A DNA stretch of 63,242 nucleotides, the filler included, from Klebsormidium nitens (lineage: Eukaryota > Plantae > Klebsormidiophyceae): the NCBI GenBank assembly GCA_000708835.1. It is 7 parts of 7 records of this genome, joined end to end, with 100 filler letters (N's around TTAATTAATTAA, not from the genome) between each part and the next. Parts side by side here need not be neighbours in the genome. Positions count along the whole stretch, not along the records: positions 1 to 28,670 come from DF237794.1; 6 more parts are not named here. The stretch is one strand, 5' to 3'. The first letter of the stretch is position 1, and the number at the start of each line of letters is the position of its first letter. This document shows positions 14,508 to 26,375 of this stretch, one piece after another. The translations under genes and the position numbers were made by a program. The notes below the pieces were generated by a model, which saw only the letters and a program-made list of their open reading frames with translations, had not been told where the DNA came from and searched no databases.

Positions 14508-17500
14508 ATGGCGCAGTATTACACAAAGCAGCAGCTGCAGGGAGCTGGAAAGTACTCGGGAAAGGTCAGAATCGGCAACTGGAACGAGGATGCAGAGCTG
14601 GACGAGATCGTGCTCAAGGTGAGTCTTGGTAAGAAGGATGCCTGAAAACAAGCCCTTGTGAAGGCTGGGGTTCTTTCAACAGGTCCCAGGAGAACAGCAC
14701 AAAAGACGCATTCTGCGGGTAGAATCGGTGCTTAACGATAATGTATGCTTCAGTGAGTGCCGGCATGTCCAACGTACCCTCTATTGAAAAGGCTGCCGCT
14801 GGCTAAGCTGCTTTATAAAATGCTCAGCCCTCTCTTTCACTTACCTCCCAAAGAGATTGCGACCTGCAGTTTTCACGGGCTGAACCACCCAGAGTAGAAC
14901 TGGGCGGCAGCTTCCGTTCCAGCCATACATTAACAGAGAGCACCAGCGTTTCAGGCGATTCAGGCCCTCATGTTCCATCACTTGAGCTCTCCTTTAAAGC
15001 GGGTCCTCAGAAGGCAACTTCACGGGGCGTACCTCTCCAGTATTCCACCTTATTCTAGTGAAATAATTCTCAACCTGCCTATTCCAGTGAGACGTTTCTC
15101 AACTTGCATCAATCTAGTGAAACCTTTCTCAAATCGTCTCAAAAAAAAAGATACACCCCTCCAGGTCATGTTTCTTCCCACAGCACCCCAATCCCTCGCT
15201 CACAATTTCCTCTGCAGGACTACATCGACCGCAAGGCCCGCGGCGAGCTCAAGCTCGACAAGTTCCAGCAGAGGATGAGCGTCGCCCTGGCCCCTGTGGA
15301 AACGTCGACGGTCGCCGCAGAAGGCCTTGTCCACTTCGGGGACGTTTTCTGCCTTAGGAACGTGCAGACTGGGGCGCTATTAGCGGCTGATGTCGGCGAC
15401 CGAGATACAAGGCCCGGAGAGGGGTTCAAGTGCGCCGTGTCGGGAACGACGCTGCCGGCCTCGCAGGCGCCAGTGGCAAGGAACACATGGATGCTGTCGA
15501 AGTGAGTTACATGAAGACCGCCGAAGCGTCAAGGACTGACGCTGAGTGTTTGTGATGAAGCGGTCACGTAGGTTTCAATTGGGGTGTGCTGATTGCAATT
15601 TCACTGGGCAAGTTGTCATGGAGCGCATAAAGAGTAGCGATGTTTTGCACAGTCTGGTACGGAATTCGGTTGCAGAGCCGTTGACGACTTGTTGATAAAA
15701 ACAGCTTTGTGCAAACTCTCCCTTGAAAAGCAACCTTTCACCAAAGTAGAGTTACGGAATCCCATCTTTCTCCTAACTCGTGTATATATCTCATCGCCAG
15801 ATACAAGGGCGCACCCAAAGGAGCGGTTACCGAGCGCCATTACGACGGCGACATTTTGCACTACGGCCAGAAGTTCCGGCTAGTCGGGAACCCGATGATG
15901 TTCGGGAGGGAGATTGAGGACCTAGAGGAGCCGCTGTACCTCAAGTCGGGGCCAGTCACCACGCAGTACTTCGCCAAGTGCTCGCGGCACCAAGAGGTGG
16001 GTCTTTTGTCAGAGTCTCAAATATCAACAATACACAGAGATGGAAGAGACGGGGGACCAGATAACAAGAGAGAATACAGGGGGGTCGAAGTAAAAACAGA
16101 GGTGAAAGCCGATTGCGGCAACACGCAAAGGTTGCTACTTTGGATGCCGCGAGCACACGTTTCTCGTCCTCGCCCTCTTTTAGCGACCGAGCAATATACG
16201 GCGAACTCGAGTGGGCGCCTTCTTGTACAGGTCGTAGGTTCAAGATCTTACTGAGTACTCCAAGTAAAGTCTCCGACGGAGGGTTTTGACAGAGACAGAC
16301 ATGGATAAGGTGCATTTGGACGGAAGAAGCAGACGTGTGGAAAAAGACTGGAATAAGATCGAAAACGGACGGGGAGGGCCGGACAAAACAGTTGAGTGCA
16401 GCAGCCATAGTCAGGATCGGTTGCACGGATTCCGCCAACAGCGAAAGCGGTGCGCAAGCGTCAGGAGGCCGCTTGGAAGGGGAGCTGAAACAGAGGAGCG
16501 AAACCAGACAGGAATCATAGATGGAATGGAACTGCTTTCATCGGACTTGTCAGTCGTTAGAAAGTTGTCGGCACTCCTAGTACAGCCTATAGGAACTTAG
16601 ATTTTCCCTGTGTTTCTGTAGGTGTCGCTCTCTTCCACCCGCAATTATGGAAGCGTCTGGCACGTGGCTCCACTGAACCCAGCGGAACGGCTGACGGCGG
16701 ACGGAACGCCTGTCCCAGCCGGAGCTCCCGTGAGTCGTCCCGACCTCTCATTGAAAGGTTTCGAGCCCATTTGATGTTGGAGGTCGGGTTTGAGAGGCTT
16801 AGCTCACCTTACGTCACCAAATCTTGTGCGTCTGGTGGTAGATGTGATTGAAATTATTCGACCACTTCGGAGACATGCCGAAACCAGTGGTTTGAGTCTG
16901 AGCTTCCGCACTACTGTAAGAGTTCGCCTGGTGTAAAAGAAATCCCAACGCACGACACCCGCACATGCTTCTGCCTCTTCCACGCTTCCTGAGCCTTTCC
17001 TGCTTGAACTGGATCGACTCTCTTCCTGAGCTCAGCAAAGCAAGGGCGAAATAATTTCGCTGCCTTTATTCCATACTTTCAACGACCAGGTTTTGTTGAA
17101 AGGCTCCAGCGAGAGATTCTTCCAAGAATCGAGCAAGCTTAACGCCAATCTTTCTGGTTCTCAAGTCGTCTTGATGTACACCGCCTCGCATAACCGAGCG
17201 AGGTTTTCCCTGACCTTTCTGGTGTCCAGGTCGTTTTGAGCACTCCACCTCGCATTACCGAGCGAGGTTAACGCTAACCTCTTCGTCTCCAGCTCGTCTT
17301 GATGCACTCCGCCACGAACGAAGCCCTCTGCTGCAACGGCCTGCTCTTCGGTAACGACTTCGGAAAGGAATTGGAGGCGAGTCTCAGAAACCTTCCTGAT
17401 TCTACCTCGTTGAACTGAGCATAACATGATTCGACACTCGATGACCCAAAATCCAGCACCGCTGCCTTTTGCTCGGCTTTTCCAAATGCCAAAAGGCGAT

Positions 17501-18965
17501 TTGGCTCTCATAAGCCTTAGTAAGGCCGGCGTCAAGGAAACGTGCTTGTCTTTAGCTTTTGGTAATGATAAAGAGTTCACCCTGATACTATTCCGTTTGA
17601 CAAATACTCGAACGGTACGTAACCTAGCAGGTGATTGTTGCGTCGGCATCCGCTCATCTGCAGGAGCGGTACGCACCTGTTCCGGCCGGTCCCTATTTCC
17701 CGCCTATCAGAAATCTTGATTTCAACCCCCTCTCGGATGGCACCAGCCAGCTTGCTCGCGCTCATTCGGACGGTTTGTCGCCGTCGCCAACAACCTTTTG
17801 AGCGATGCGCTTAACGTCAGCAAGTTTGAGATTATAATATTGTTGGCATTCACGGTTAAATACCTGCTGATGTTTGCGTCCCTGTTCTTGCAGATCTGCT
17901 GCCATAACGCGGCCCCGGCGAAAATGACCGGTAATCTAGAGCTGACCACAAAAGGCGTCCCGGAACAACTCGTGGCTAAGGCGGAAGGGCCCAGTAACTA
18001 CTGGGTGTTCGAGGTGAGCAAGGTCACCAAACGATTGGCTCAACAACTGTGCTCTTCCTAACTTTTCTTTAGAGTCTTGTTCTCGTTCTTCGTTGCGATC
18101 TTGTTTCAAGGTGTGCCTTGCGTTCAGATTACTTGTTCACTCAAGAAATGTCCGCGGTGCGAAAAAGAGAGAATCACTTACGGAGGCCCTGAGAGTTGTG
18201 TACTCCGATCAGGAGCGGCACTTCCAATGGTGCTCAATAATTTGAATGCTGTTGCGTTGCAAATGTACCTAGAAAAATCGGATGGATTCAATCAGGGAAC
18301 GCGTTCTTGTATCTTAGATTGGCTTGCTCGCGGTGGCTGACGCACAGTGTTATACGCCAATTTATTAGTCCTCTGCCTCTTCACGCAGAAGAGGTGCGAG
18401 AATCTCTCCAGCTGTATCTACGCTGTCGTTGTCAACTGTTCTGCTCTAGTGTAAGTGTAACGCGGTAGACGATGGAGATGACTCAGCTTCCAGAAAGCGG
18501 TATTTTAGGGCCGTCAGCCTGATGGCCCAGTTGTGTCAAGCCACCCGGTCATAGTTGAGCAAGAGTGTCAAGCCACCCGGTCATACTTGAGCAAGAGTGT
18601 CAAGCCACCCGGTCATAGTTGAGCAAGAGTGCTTTCTCCGGATCTCTCAGGTGGGCGACACTGTGCGCGAGCTCCGCTTCCGGTCCCCCGGGGAGAGCGT
18701 CGCGCGCCCGGCGCTCGCGCGCCTCGCGGCCGCGTTCGAAGCCGCGGGGGAAGACGCGGTCAAGGCGCTGATCCAAAACCTAGAACTGCTGGACAAGGCG
18801 AGCAGCGGGTGGCTGGATAGGTTAGAGGTTTTGAGGGTTATGAAAACGAAGGTTAGGGCGGAACTGAGCGCGGGGGAGCTGGAAGAGATCGCCAAGTTTG
18901 CGGGTTGGGAGAGTGCGACGAGCGCCAACTGGCGGGATCTCGTCGCGTACGCGCTCGACGGATGA
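14508..18965 (+). CDS. CFAP161: Cilia- and flagella-associated protein 161, 7 exons, with C-terminal EF-hand-like extension
   Basis: Exons 14508-14618 (KVRIGNWNEDAELDE), 15218-15501 (VHFGD..PVARNTW), 15801-15996 (ILHYGQKF..LYLKS), 16622-16729 (W..LNPAERL..GTPVPAGAP), 17293-17376 (LVLMHSATNEAL..NDFGKELE, GC donor), 17894-18013 (..SNYWVFE), 18651-18965. All phases compatible; motifs follow CFAP161/C15orf26. Confidence 0.9.
17122..17313 (+). repeat. Three degenerate ~64-bp tandem copies spanning the branch point, 3' splice site and start of CFAP161 exon 5
   Basis: AG acceptor-like sites end at 17165, 17229 and 17292. Each is followed by (g/c)tcgt(c/t)ttga(t)g(t/c)ac(a/t)cc(g/a)cc; ctcgcat(a/t)accgagcgaggtt recurs at 17185 and 17249. 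Confidence 0.75.
18533..18628. repeat. 32-bp minisatellite x3 in the last CFAP161 intron
   Basis: gtgtcaagccacccggtcata(g/c)ttgagcaaga, three head-to-tail copies with one mismatch. Confidence 0.9.
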
Positions 18966-19646
18966 AGCGATAAGCTGAAGGTGCTGAGGATATCGAGTCT
19001 TATGTACAGGGCTGCGCCGCTTTAGGAGCCATAGGAGTAAAACTTCTGATTGCACTGCACTATTCCCTTCGAAGTATCTTAGTAGTGTAATGGTAACGCT
19101 GGATCTGTCCAGTTTCCGTGACTTTGTATGATTAAGTTTGAAAGAGTGCTTGGAGTAAAAGTGGTGACCAAACATGAGACTCTGAGCTAGCTTCAAAAAG
19201 GTTCGGACTTGCCTCCAATATAGTCGTCTGTTTTCGAACAGCCTGGACGCCACATCTGGAAAATACTTGCGGGCCATCTTGCCCGGTGCAAAGCACGGTT
19301 TGTACAATGTAGACCGAGGAATCCGGTGACAATCAGTAAACGCAGGCAGAAAGATGAATGAAGGCCAGATGCGAGAATTGCAAATCAAGCCGGATTCAGC
19401 AGCCGCGATAATCTCGGATGATGCTTCTTGTAAGGCTATGTTCGCTGTTACACACTATTACACACCATCAACAGCTAGCGCGTCGTCTAAGCAGTGGATC
19501 ACAATCAGATGGAATACAAAGCTTACGCGATAATGATTCACTCGTTGAGGCTTGGCATGGCCTAGAGTATCGCATGATTTATCGGTCCCTTGAATTTTGC
19601 AGACTTTTGAAGATGAACGGAAAACGGCTCTACTTTCAACCCCGCT

Positions 19647-22600
19647 TCAGTCCATCTCGTCGAGTTCAAAATGATCAAAAGACGGGCCTGCATTATCGTT
19701 ACCTGACTCTTCTTCAGTCAACATCGGCACAGCACTAATCTGCTTGTTGATATCGCCCTCTACGCTTCCTCTTATCACCGCACGGTTACATCCCGGCAGC
19801 AAATCTTGTTCCACCTTCGAACCACGAGAATCTGCGCAATCACCTGCTGTCACGTGCCCCTTCTGGACCGGCCATGCAATCTTGCGAACGACCGGGCTGC
19901 TACTCTCTGCTTCCTGTGGCGCACAGCTCTCCTTAAGCAAATTCTGGCCGACTTCGATCGTTTCTGCACATTCATCAGACTCTGGCTTCACGTCTCTTTC
20001 TGCGGCATCCTCTCCAAAGACGTTATCAAGAGTATGCCCTTCGCGGCAATTATCCCTGTCCGACGTCACATCGTCCCTCCCAAGATCCACCGCATCCAAC
20101 CCCAGACTGACGTCACCAAGCGTTTCTCCTCCTTCTTCAGGCGGTTTCGCATTTCCCCCCACCAACTCTGCTTCGCTTGCCGGCTCCTGGGCCTCCCCAA
20201 GCCGAACCGCGCCCGTCCACAAGTCCCTAAACTTCGCAGTTCCCCAAATCACAGGACGCCGCTCCGTCAATGTCAAGACCTCGACATCCTCTTCATTATT
20301 GCCCACTCCTAGTTCCTGGAGATCGTCGCACTCCAAGGGCTTTCCTTCACCTACCCCGTCGCTCTTGGCCGCGGCCGCTTCTTCAGCATCTGTTGCCAAA
20401 CCCGCGCTCTTCTCAATGCTTGCGCGCCGCGAGTTGCGACCGCTCGTCGCGAGACCGAGCGCGCGTGCGCTCTCAAGTAGCAGCGCGTGACTGCTATTGT
20501 TCAGGACCTCCTCCGCGCGCACTGCTGCCCGCTCGAGCGCGCGAGCGCGCGCCTCGGCCCGAAAAGCCTCCTCGCGCGCCCGGTGCTCGCGCGCGTCGTC
20601 CGAGAGCTTCGCGATCGCCGTGACGTCCAATTCGACATCCTTGTTACGGTTTCGCTCATTCCTCGCTTCCCTTTCGGGGGTCGATGTGCCGCTTGTGTCG
20701 CCCACCATAACCCAGTCCCCAATTCCGCCGGCTTCTGGAGTTCCGTTTCCGCTTCCTCTGGATTCCGGTGACGCTTTCTCCACCTTCTCGAACGAGTGGT
20801 CAGAGTCCGCCGGGCTGCCAGCGGACCCCTGCGTCTCTTCCGCCGGAAGTCCGTCGATGTCCAGAGTCAAAGGCGCCCTCGTTTCGCAACCCGATTCCGC
20901 TCCCACTTCCTCCACCGGAACTCCAGCAGAATCCAAGGGCGCACTGCTTTCATCTGCAAATCCTTCCTGGTCAGCTGTTCTTTCGTGCAACTTCCGTTCC
21001 GCTTCTGCTGCATTCCGTTCCGTTTCCGCTGCTTCGGCTTCCTTCATGGTTGATTCGACGGCCGCTCCGATGGCCTCGCTGACAATGTGCTCCGCTGCAG
21101 CGGAACGCGCGGCCTCGAGGCGCTCGCGCGCGGCATTCGCGCGGGTCTCCGCAATCATGTCATCAAAAGCTGCACGAAAAAGAAGGATATGTCTGTGTTG
21201 ACATATCATACACACACATACACACATACACACATACACACATACACACATACACACATACACACATACACACATACACACATACACACATACACACATA
21301 CACACATACACACATACGCTGGGACGTTTTGGTTGCTGTCAAACGGTTGGAAGTAGAGTAGTTCATGTAGAACCACCAAGGAGCAACACCCATAGGAAAG
21401 GCGTTTCGGAGAACGGGAGAGTGCTTCCTCGTCCAGCCAGATATTCCTCTTGAATACCGTGGAAAGGTCTGCATGTTACTTCGCTGAGCAAATGGCAATC
21501 TGCAACACCTGATCCAACAGCAAGCTGATGTCAAGCTTGAACGACCGTCCGAAATTTCTCGCTCCACTTCCCGGCGATGCCGGTGAAGCTGAAGCTTTTA
21601 CTTGTACGGCGCGACATCTTCTGAACGACCATGAAAGAACATAGAGATGGAGTTTACGAGCCGCTAAAACACCGAACTGCAACCTTGAGCATTCTGTTCG
21701 CTCGCCTAGCTGTCGGGTAAAATCACAACGAACGACGAAAAACGTTCTCACCTTGTCGATGCCGCTCGCGCGTTTGTACCTCCTCGTCTCGAATTGCTCC
21801 TCGCATCGCTTTCTCGGCCTGCAAGCAAACGCATAACGGGTAAGCTATGCGTTAGCTTCGATATGTCCTGTAAGAGAAGAGGCCACAAACTTTCCAGGGA
21901 CAAATTCAAACCCACGAGCGGTCGTGTCGGGACAATTCATCTGTTCAGCGAATCCTGCCTTCTACAAATATCCTCGGGGATGCCGAGCTGGGCAGAGCTA
22001 CCAAAAGTCACCCACGCCAAACCTGAGTCTGACGTCACGCTTACGTCAAGCCCTCCCCGGGCCCACGCCTCCGCGAGTCGCCGCTCCTTCTCAAACACCG
22101 GGCTGTCGTCCAGGTACTTGAGCGTGGGAATGGCGACGATGAGGCTCTTCCGGTAGTATGACGTCGTGCTGACGACGGGGTTGCCCACTAACCGCAGCAG
22201 GGTTAGCGGCAGGGTTTTGATGACGTCGAGCGCGGTTTCGTCGGCGATCTTGTTGCCGGAGAGGTCCAGGGAGCGGAGGCTAGGGCACTCCTGTAGAGGG
22301 ATCCCGTAACAGTGAGATTGTGCTTCGTATTGGAGAAGGCGGAAGAAAAACTGAGAATGGGAGCATGCTCTAACCTGGAGGAGGCAGCAAAACGGATGAT
22401 CACTTTGATAATTCGAAACAAGCTGGTAACCTGACGATGTGCGTGACCCCTTCAAGGCGTGACCCCTTCAATCTATGTAGCGAGCTGGTTTTGATTGTGC
22501 AGTGCCGACCTGTCTCACTTCTCCTAGCGTTTGTAGTCCAACTCGTCTCCCCGCATCGACGTCACTCGGAAGGAGATAATGGTTTTGGTGCCCTGGAATA

Positions 22601-25230
22601 AGCCCCTCTCAACAACCCGGTCGAGGAAGAAACCGTTGCTCCTGAAACCGTTGCTCCTGAGATTGCGGCTCACATTCAACCTTTCAGAAACTCGAACAAA
22701 ATTTTTCATTCTGGGGAAGCATGAGTGGGAACGAAATCTCAAGAGCAACAGTGGCCGAGTCTTGACGGCTTCAAGAAGCAGAAAGGGCTTGCCTTGAGGT
22801 GTCTGACGTCACCCTCCGATGCTATCTTGTTGCCTGTGATGGTCAGCTGACGCAGCAGAGGGCAGCAGGCCAGGTTCTCGATCTTGCTGATCTGCAGTAG
22901 AGTGATTGAAATCCTCGTCAAGCTGAGTTCGACCAGAGATCGTCGCTCCGATCATATGCGGCATGTTCAGAAAATCTGAATCTACAAGACACCATCCTAC
23001 TCCCTGCTTCTTTTGGCTAGAGCTACTTGAATGTTCGATCAATAGTCTGCTGATGAAGAGGCACAACTCTCTTTTGGAAGAGAAGAAGAGAAATCGAATC
23101 CAGGGCTGCGCCAAACGGGTTTTGCACGCCTCGCGACCTCGTCGTTCTAGTTCCATCCAATCGAGTGAGCATCAACGCTGTGTGGAAATAGCAAGATCTC
23201 TTACCCATTTTAGCACGGCCCACATCCACATCGTGGCAGCAAAGCCGAATTGTAGTCATGGAAAAAATGTTCAGCGGAATCACAGAGGAGCCGTCCTCTC
23301 GCCTCAGCCGAATGTGTGACCCTGGAAGTGCAACTTGCAAAGCGGTCGTGCAAAGCAAGGACGTCATTGCTTGGAAGACCGATTCGGTGTTCCTGAAGGG
23401 CAGATGTCTGACCTGGTTGTCCGAAAGGTCCAACACTTCCAACTGCTTCAGCGTCTCGAGGCCTTCGATGTCGTAAATTAGATTCTGCAGGCATAGGGAG
23501 ATCACAGACTAATGTCGCGATGCACAAGAATTTCTTCATCGAAGTGAGGGCAGCCATCGCTTCTTGTCGAGTTGCATTGACTCGGTTTGAGTTAAGGAAT
23601 CAACCCGGAAACAAAGTTAGCTCAGTAGAACTTTACTCTGTCCTCAAATCGACTCTTGGGCTTTGTCTGGCACGGTTGCATATAGGTGTCAAACCTATGG
23701 ATCTGGGCCGCTGTTCCCCTCAAAGCAGGCGATGTAAAGATCTGCCTGACAGGTCGGCCTTTATTTCCTTACGAAATCGGGCCGAAAGTTGGTTGGAGTC
23801 GGAAACTCCATGTTGGAAAAGAAAAAGCGCCTAAACACCTTTTGAGGGGAATTTTCTTTTGGAACGGTGGTCTCACCTGATTCAGGGACAGTGATCGAAG
23901 ATTCGTGAGCTCGTTGAGCCCCTCAATTGTTCTGATGGCTGCAATCGCATGCAGGTCGTAAATCAGTCCGTCCCAAGCACTGGCTTGCAAAGTACGCCTC
24001 GTTATAAGAAACGGTGCCGCTATCGATTTGAATGCGCCGTTTGTATTACTGGTCTTGCCCACTACGTGCTGACTAAGAAACATATGCCAAGCAGAGTGGC
24101 AAAAGCTGTTCCTGTCGGCGGGTTTTGAAGTTACCCTGCAAAAGTGTCTTTTGTACGGCCGTTTCGTTAGCAGCGGGATCTACCAGCACCACCAGACACT
24201 GGCACAGTACATTTAGGAAGCAAATAACAGACTCACAAATGAGTTTGTAGGCAATCTAAGAAACAAGGAGAACGTTTTAAAGCAATGTCTCACCATTTCC
24301 TTCAAGATAAAGCGTCCTCAGGCCAGTAAACGGCTCTAATGATTGCAGTTTTTCGATTCCCTGCAAGCATGTAGACAGTAGCCTTAAGAGCAGGCATTCC
24401 AACAGAATGTGATCTGCTTTGGCCGCATATTTGTGTGCTTTATACAGCGCACACCCTTCTCGCCGTTGGCTGCATGAATGTGACCCTGTGACACAAGATA
24501 GCTGATCGGAACGATGCTTGTCCAGCAACTCTACCTTCTGGAAAGTGTCTCCACTAAAGATAATACTCAAGTGTCGAGCCAGCAGAAAGCATGATATATC
24601 ATTTATGAAAGGTGGTGACACTTTGAGTGCGTCAAGGTGGGGGCCTCACCTTGTGGTGCAGATGCAGGACGTCATTGAGCTCTAGACAGCTAGCATATCT
24701 GCAAGACAGCGAGTTGACCCTGACACCATGATCATCAAGGTCACTTGAGCTTTTCAAACAGACAGATTCAAACTAACATTGAAGCTTATGGAAGATTGAA
24801 GTGAATCTCCTCGGCAACTCTCCTACATTTCGTCGCGTCAGCACTTCTTTCTTGCACGTTCAAGACCAAGGTCTACCAAAAACAGCAAGGAATTTTTTTG
24901 TCTGTTGTTTCAAGCTCCCACCTGGGAATGACCCCTTCTGATACAAAAACTTTTTGGGCTAGGCAATGTTGTTTGCAACACGGAAGCATATGTCTACAAG
25001 GAACGGCCCAATGCTGAGTCTTCTTTAAACAAAAGGCGTAGCTAGCGGCCATCCGAATGTGTGTAAGTAATGCTGGCCGAACAAACCGTCATGGCTCTCT
25101 GTCAGGTAAGACGGGGCTGTGCAGAAAAATGCTGACTGGACACATAGATTTGAAGCAGGAAAGAGGATACTCACAACTTGAGCTCCCTGCAATGGCGTCG
25201 CAGTGACCTATTGGTCAGTTCAAAGGCCAT
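19647..25230 (-). CDS. DNAAF1: Dynein axonemal assembly factor 1 (LRRC50/ODA7), LRR protein with long acidic tail
   Basis: In-phase exons 25230-25175, 24698-24650, 24360-24294, 23938-23877, 23484-23413, 22891-22793 (GC donor), 22290-22045, 21818-21752, 21169-19647. Translation: [101 protein letters not shown], the typical DNAAF1 LRR/LRRcap pattern. Confidence 0.88.
21207..21317. repeat. (CACATACA)n microsatellite, ~14 units, in the last DNAAF1 intron
   Basis: Near-perfect 8-bp periodicity; it produces the spurious MYVCMCVC.. start of ORF 19647-21311. Confidence 0.95.
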
Positions 25231-26375
25231 GTTGAGCGATCGTGTTGCACCAATGCAAAACCTAATGTAGAGCTTTCAGACGCTTTTATCTGGTCAGCTC
25301 TGAATGAGTGGCATGCCGGATGCCCAGCTCTGTTGTTTTAGCTGGTCAGCTTTTAGTGAGTAGAAGGCTCTCGTACATGAATGTAAGCTTGGCAGCTAAA
25401 CCGGCTCTTCTCTTGTATATCAAAAGCTGATTGTTCAAAATGAAGTATGCGTCCTCAGAACCTCAGAACAAGCTCAATCTAGACTTCTTGAAGTCTCCAA
25501 AAATTCTGCCGACCTACAATCGATACTCCAATCGTGCTCCAATCAATTGAATCGATTCTGGAAGAGGTTGATGCACCCTGGACGCCACCATCAAAAAACT
25601 ATCACATCGTCACAACGTCAGGAGTGTGAAGGAGAGTGCAACGTTCACCCAAGGGCAAAAGTCAAAGCATCCAAGCTAGCATCGTGAAAGCAGCAATTGG
25701 AGCTGGGCGGAATGCACTTGGAGAGAGCTTGGAGAAGCTTAGTATACCGTACCGGTCTAGGTAGAACCAGTGCACACTGCAGGCTTCACCATCGTGCACA
25801 TTCCAATTTCCAACACACCTACCTAGCTTGGACTATGCTTGCCGTCGATCTACAGTCTACAGAATGAAGAGAAGCTGAGTAGCCGTTGATCTTTAATCCA
25901 AACCGGTGGCAGGTATGTTACGCACGCTGACGCTTTGCACGCGCACCCGCGTGACCCGGCGTATGGTCATGATAACTTTAAACTGTGGCCGAGCGCGCGT
26001 ACGTGGGGCGGGCCCGGCGCCACTGCAACAACAGACAGGCCCTAGTTGAAGTTGAAGTTGAACTTGGAAGTGGGGCGCCATGCTCAGGCTGATGCCACTC
26101 AATGGTTTTGGTGTGGCGACGCATTGAGCGGCGGCCCTGCAGTGACTCGTACTACCTAGTAGGACAGTAATAGTTGTAGCCTGCAGTGAGTGGCTCTTCA
26201 TGCAGTGGCAGGCCGACAACAGGCAATAAGATTGATTCTGGTTGTAGATCTCGCCACAATCAGCAGCCAGCTTTGTATGAGCTTTGTCACAAGTCTGTGT
26301 TCCCTCTGCAGTCTGTTTGAGTCTGTTTGATAGGCTGCAACCTTCCTCCTCGACCATCGTTGCAATCAGTCACCG

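Noticed and set aside
18533-18628. 32-bp triple repeat as CRISPR
   Set aside because: Head-to-tail with no spacers; an intronic minisatellite.
19744-21201. Plus-strand ORFs 19744-20490 and 20497-21201, and similar long ORFs opposite 47-54 kb and 62-63 kb
   Set aside because: Antisense shadows of GC-rich coding sequence on the other strand.
21170-21311. Cys/Val-rich N-terminus of ORF 19647-21311 as a metal-binding domain
   Set aside because: It is the translation of an intronic (CACATACA)n microsatellite.
14320-22660. Short 15-18 bp tandem duplications (~14323-14357, ~22438-22470, ~22631-22660)
   Set aside because: Ordinary slippage duplications in non-coding DNA.
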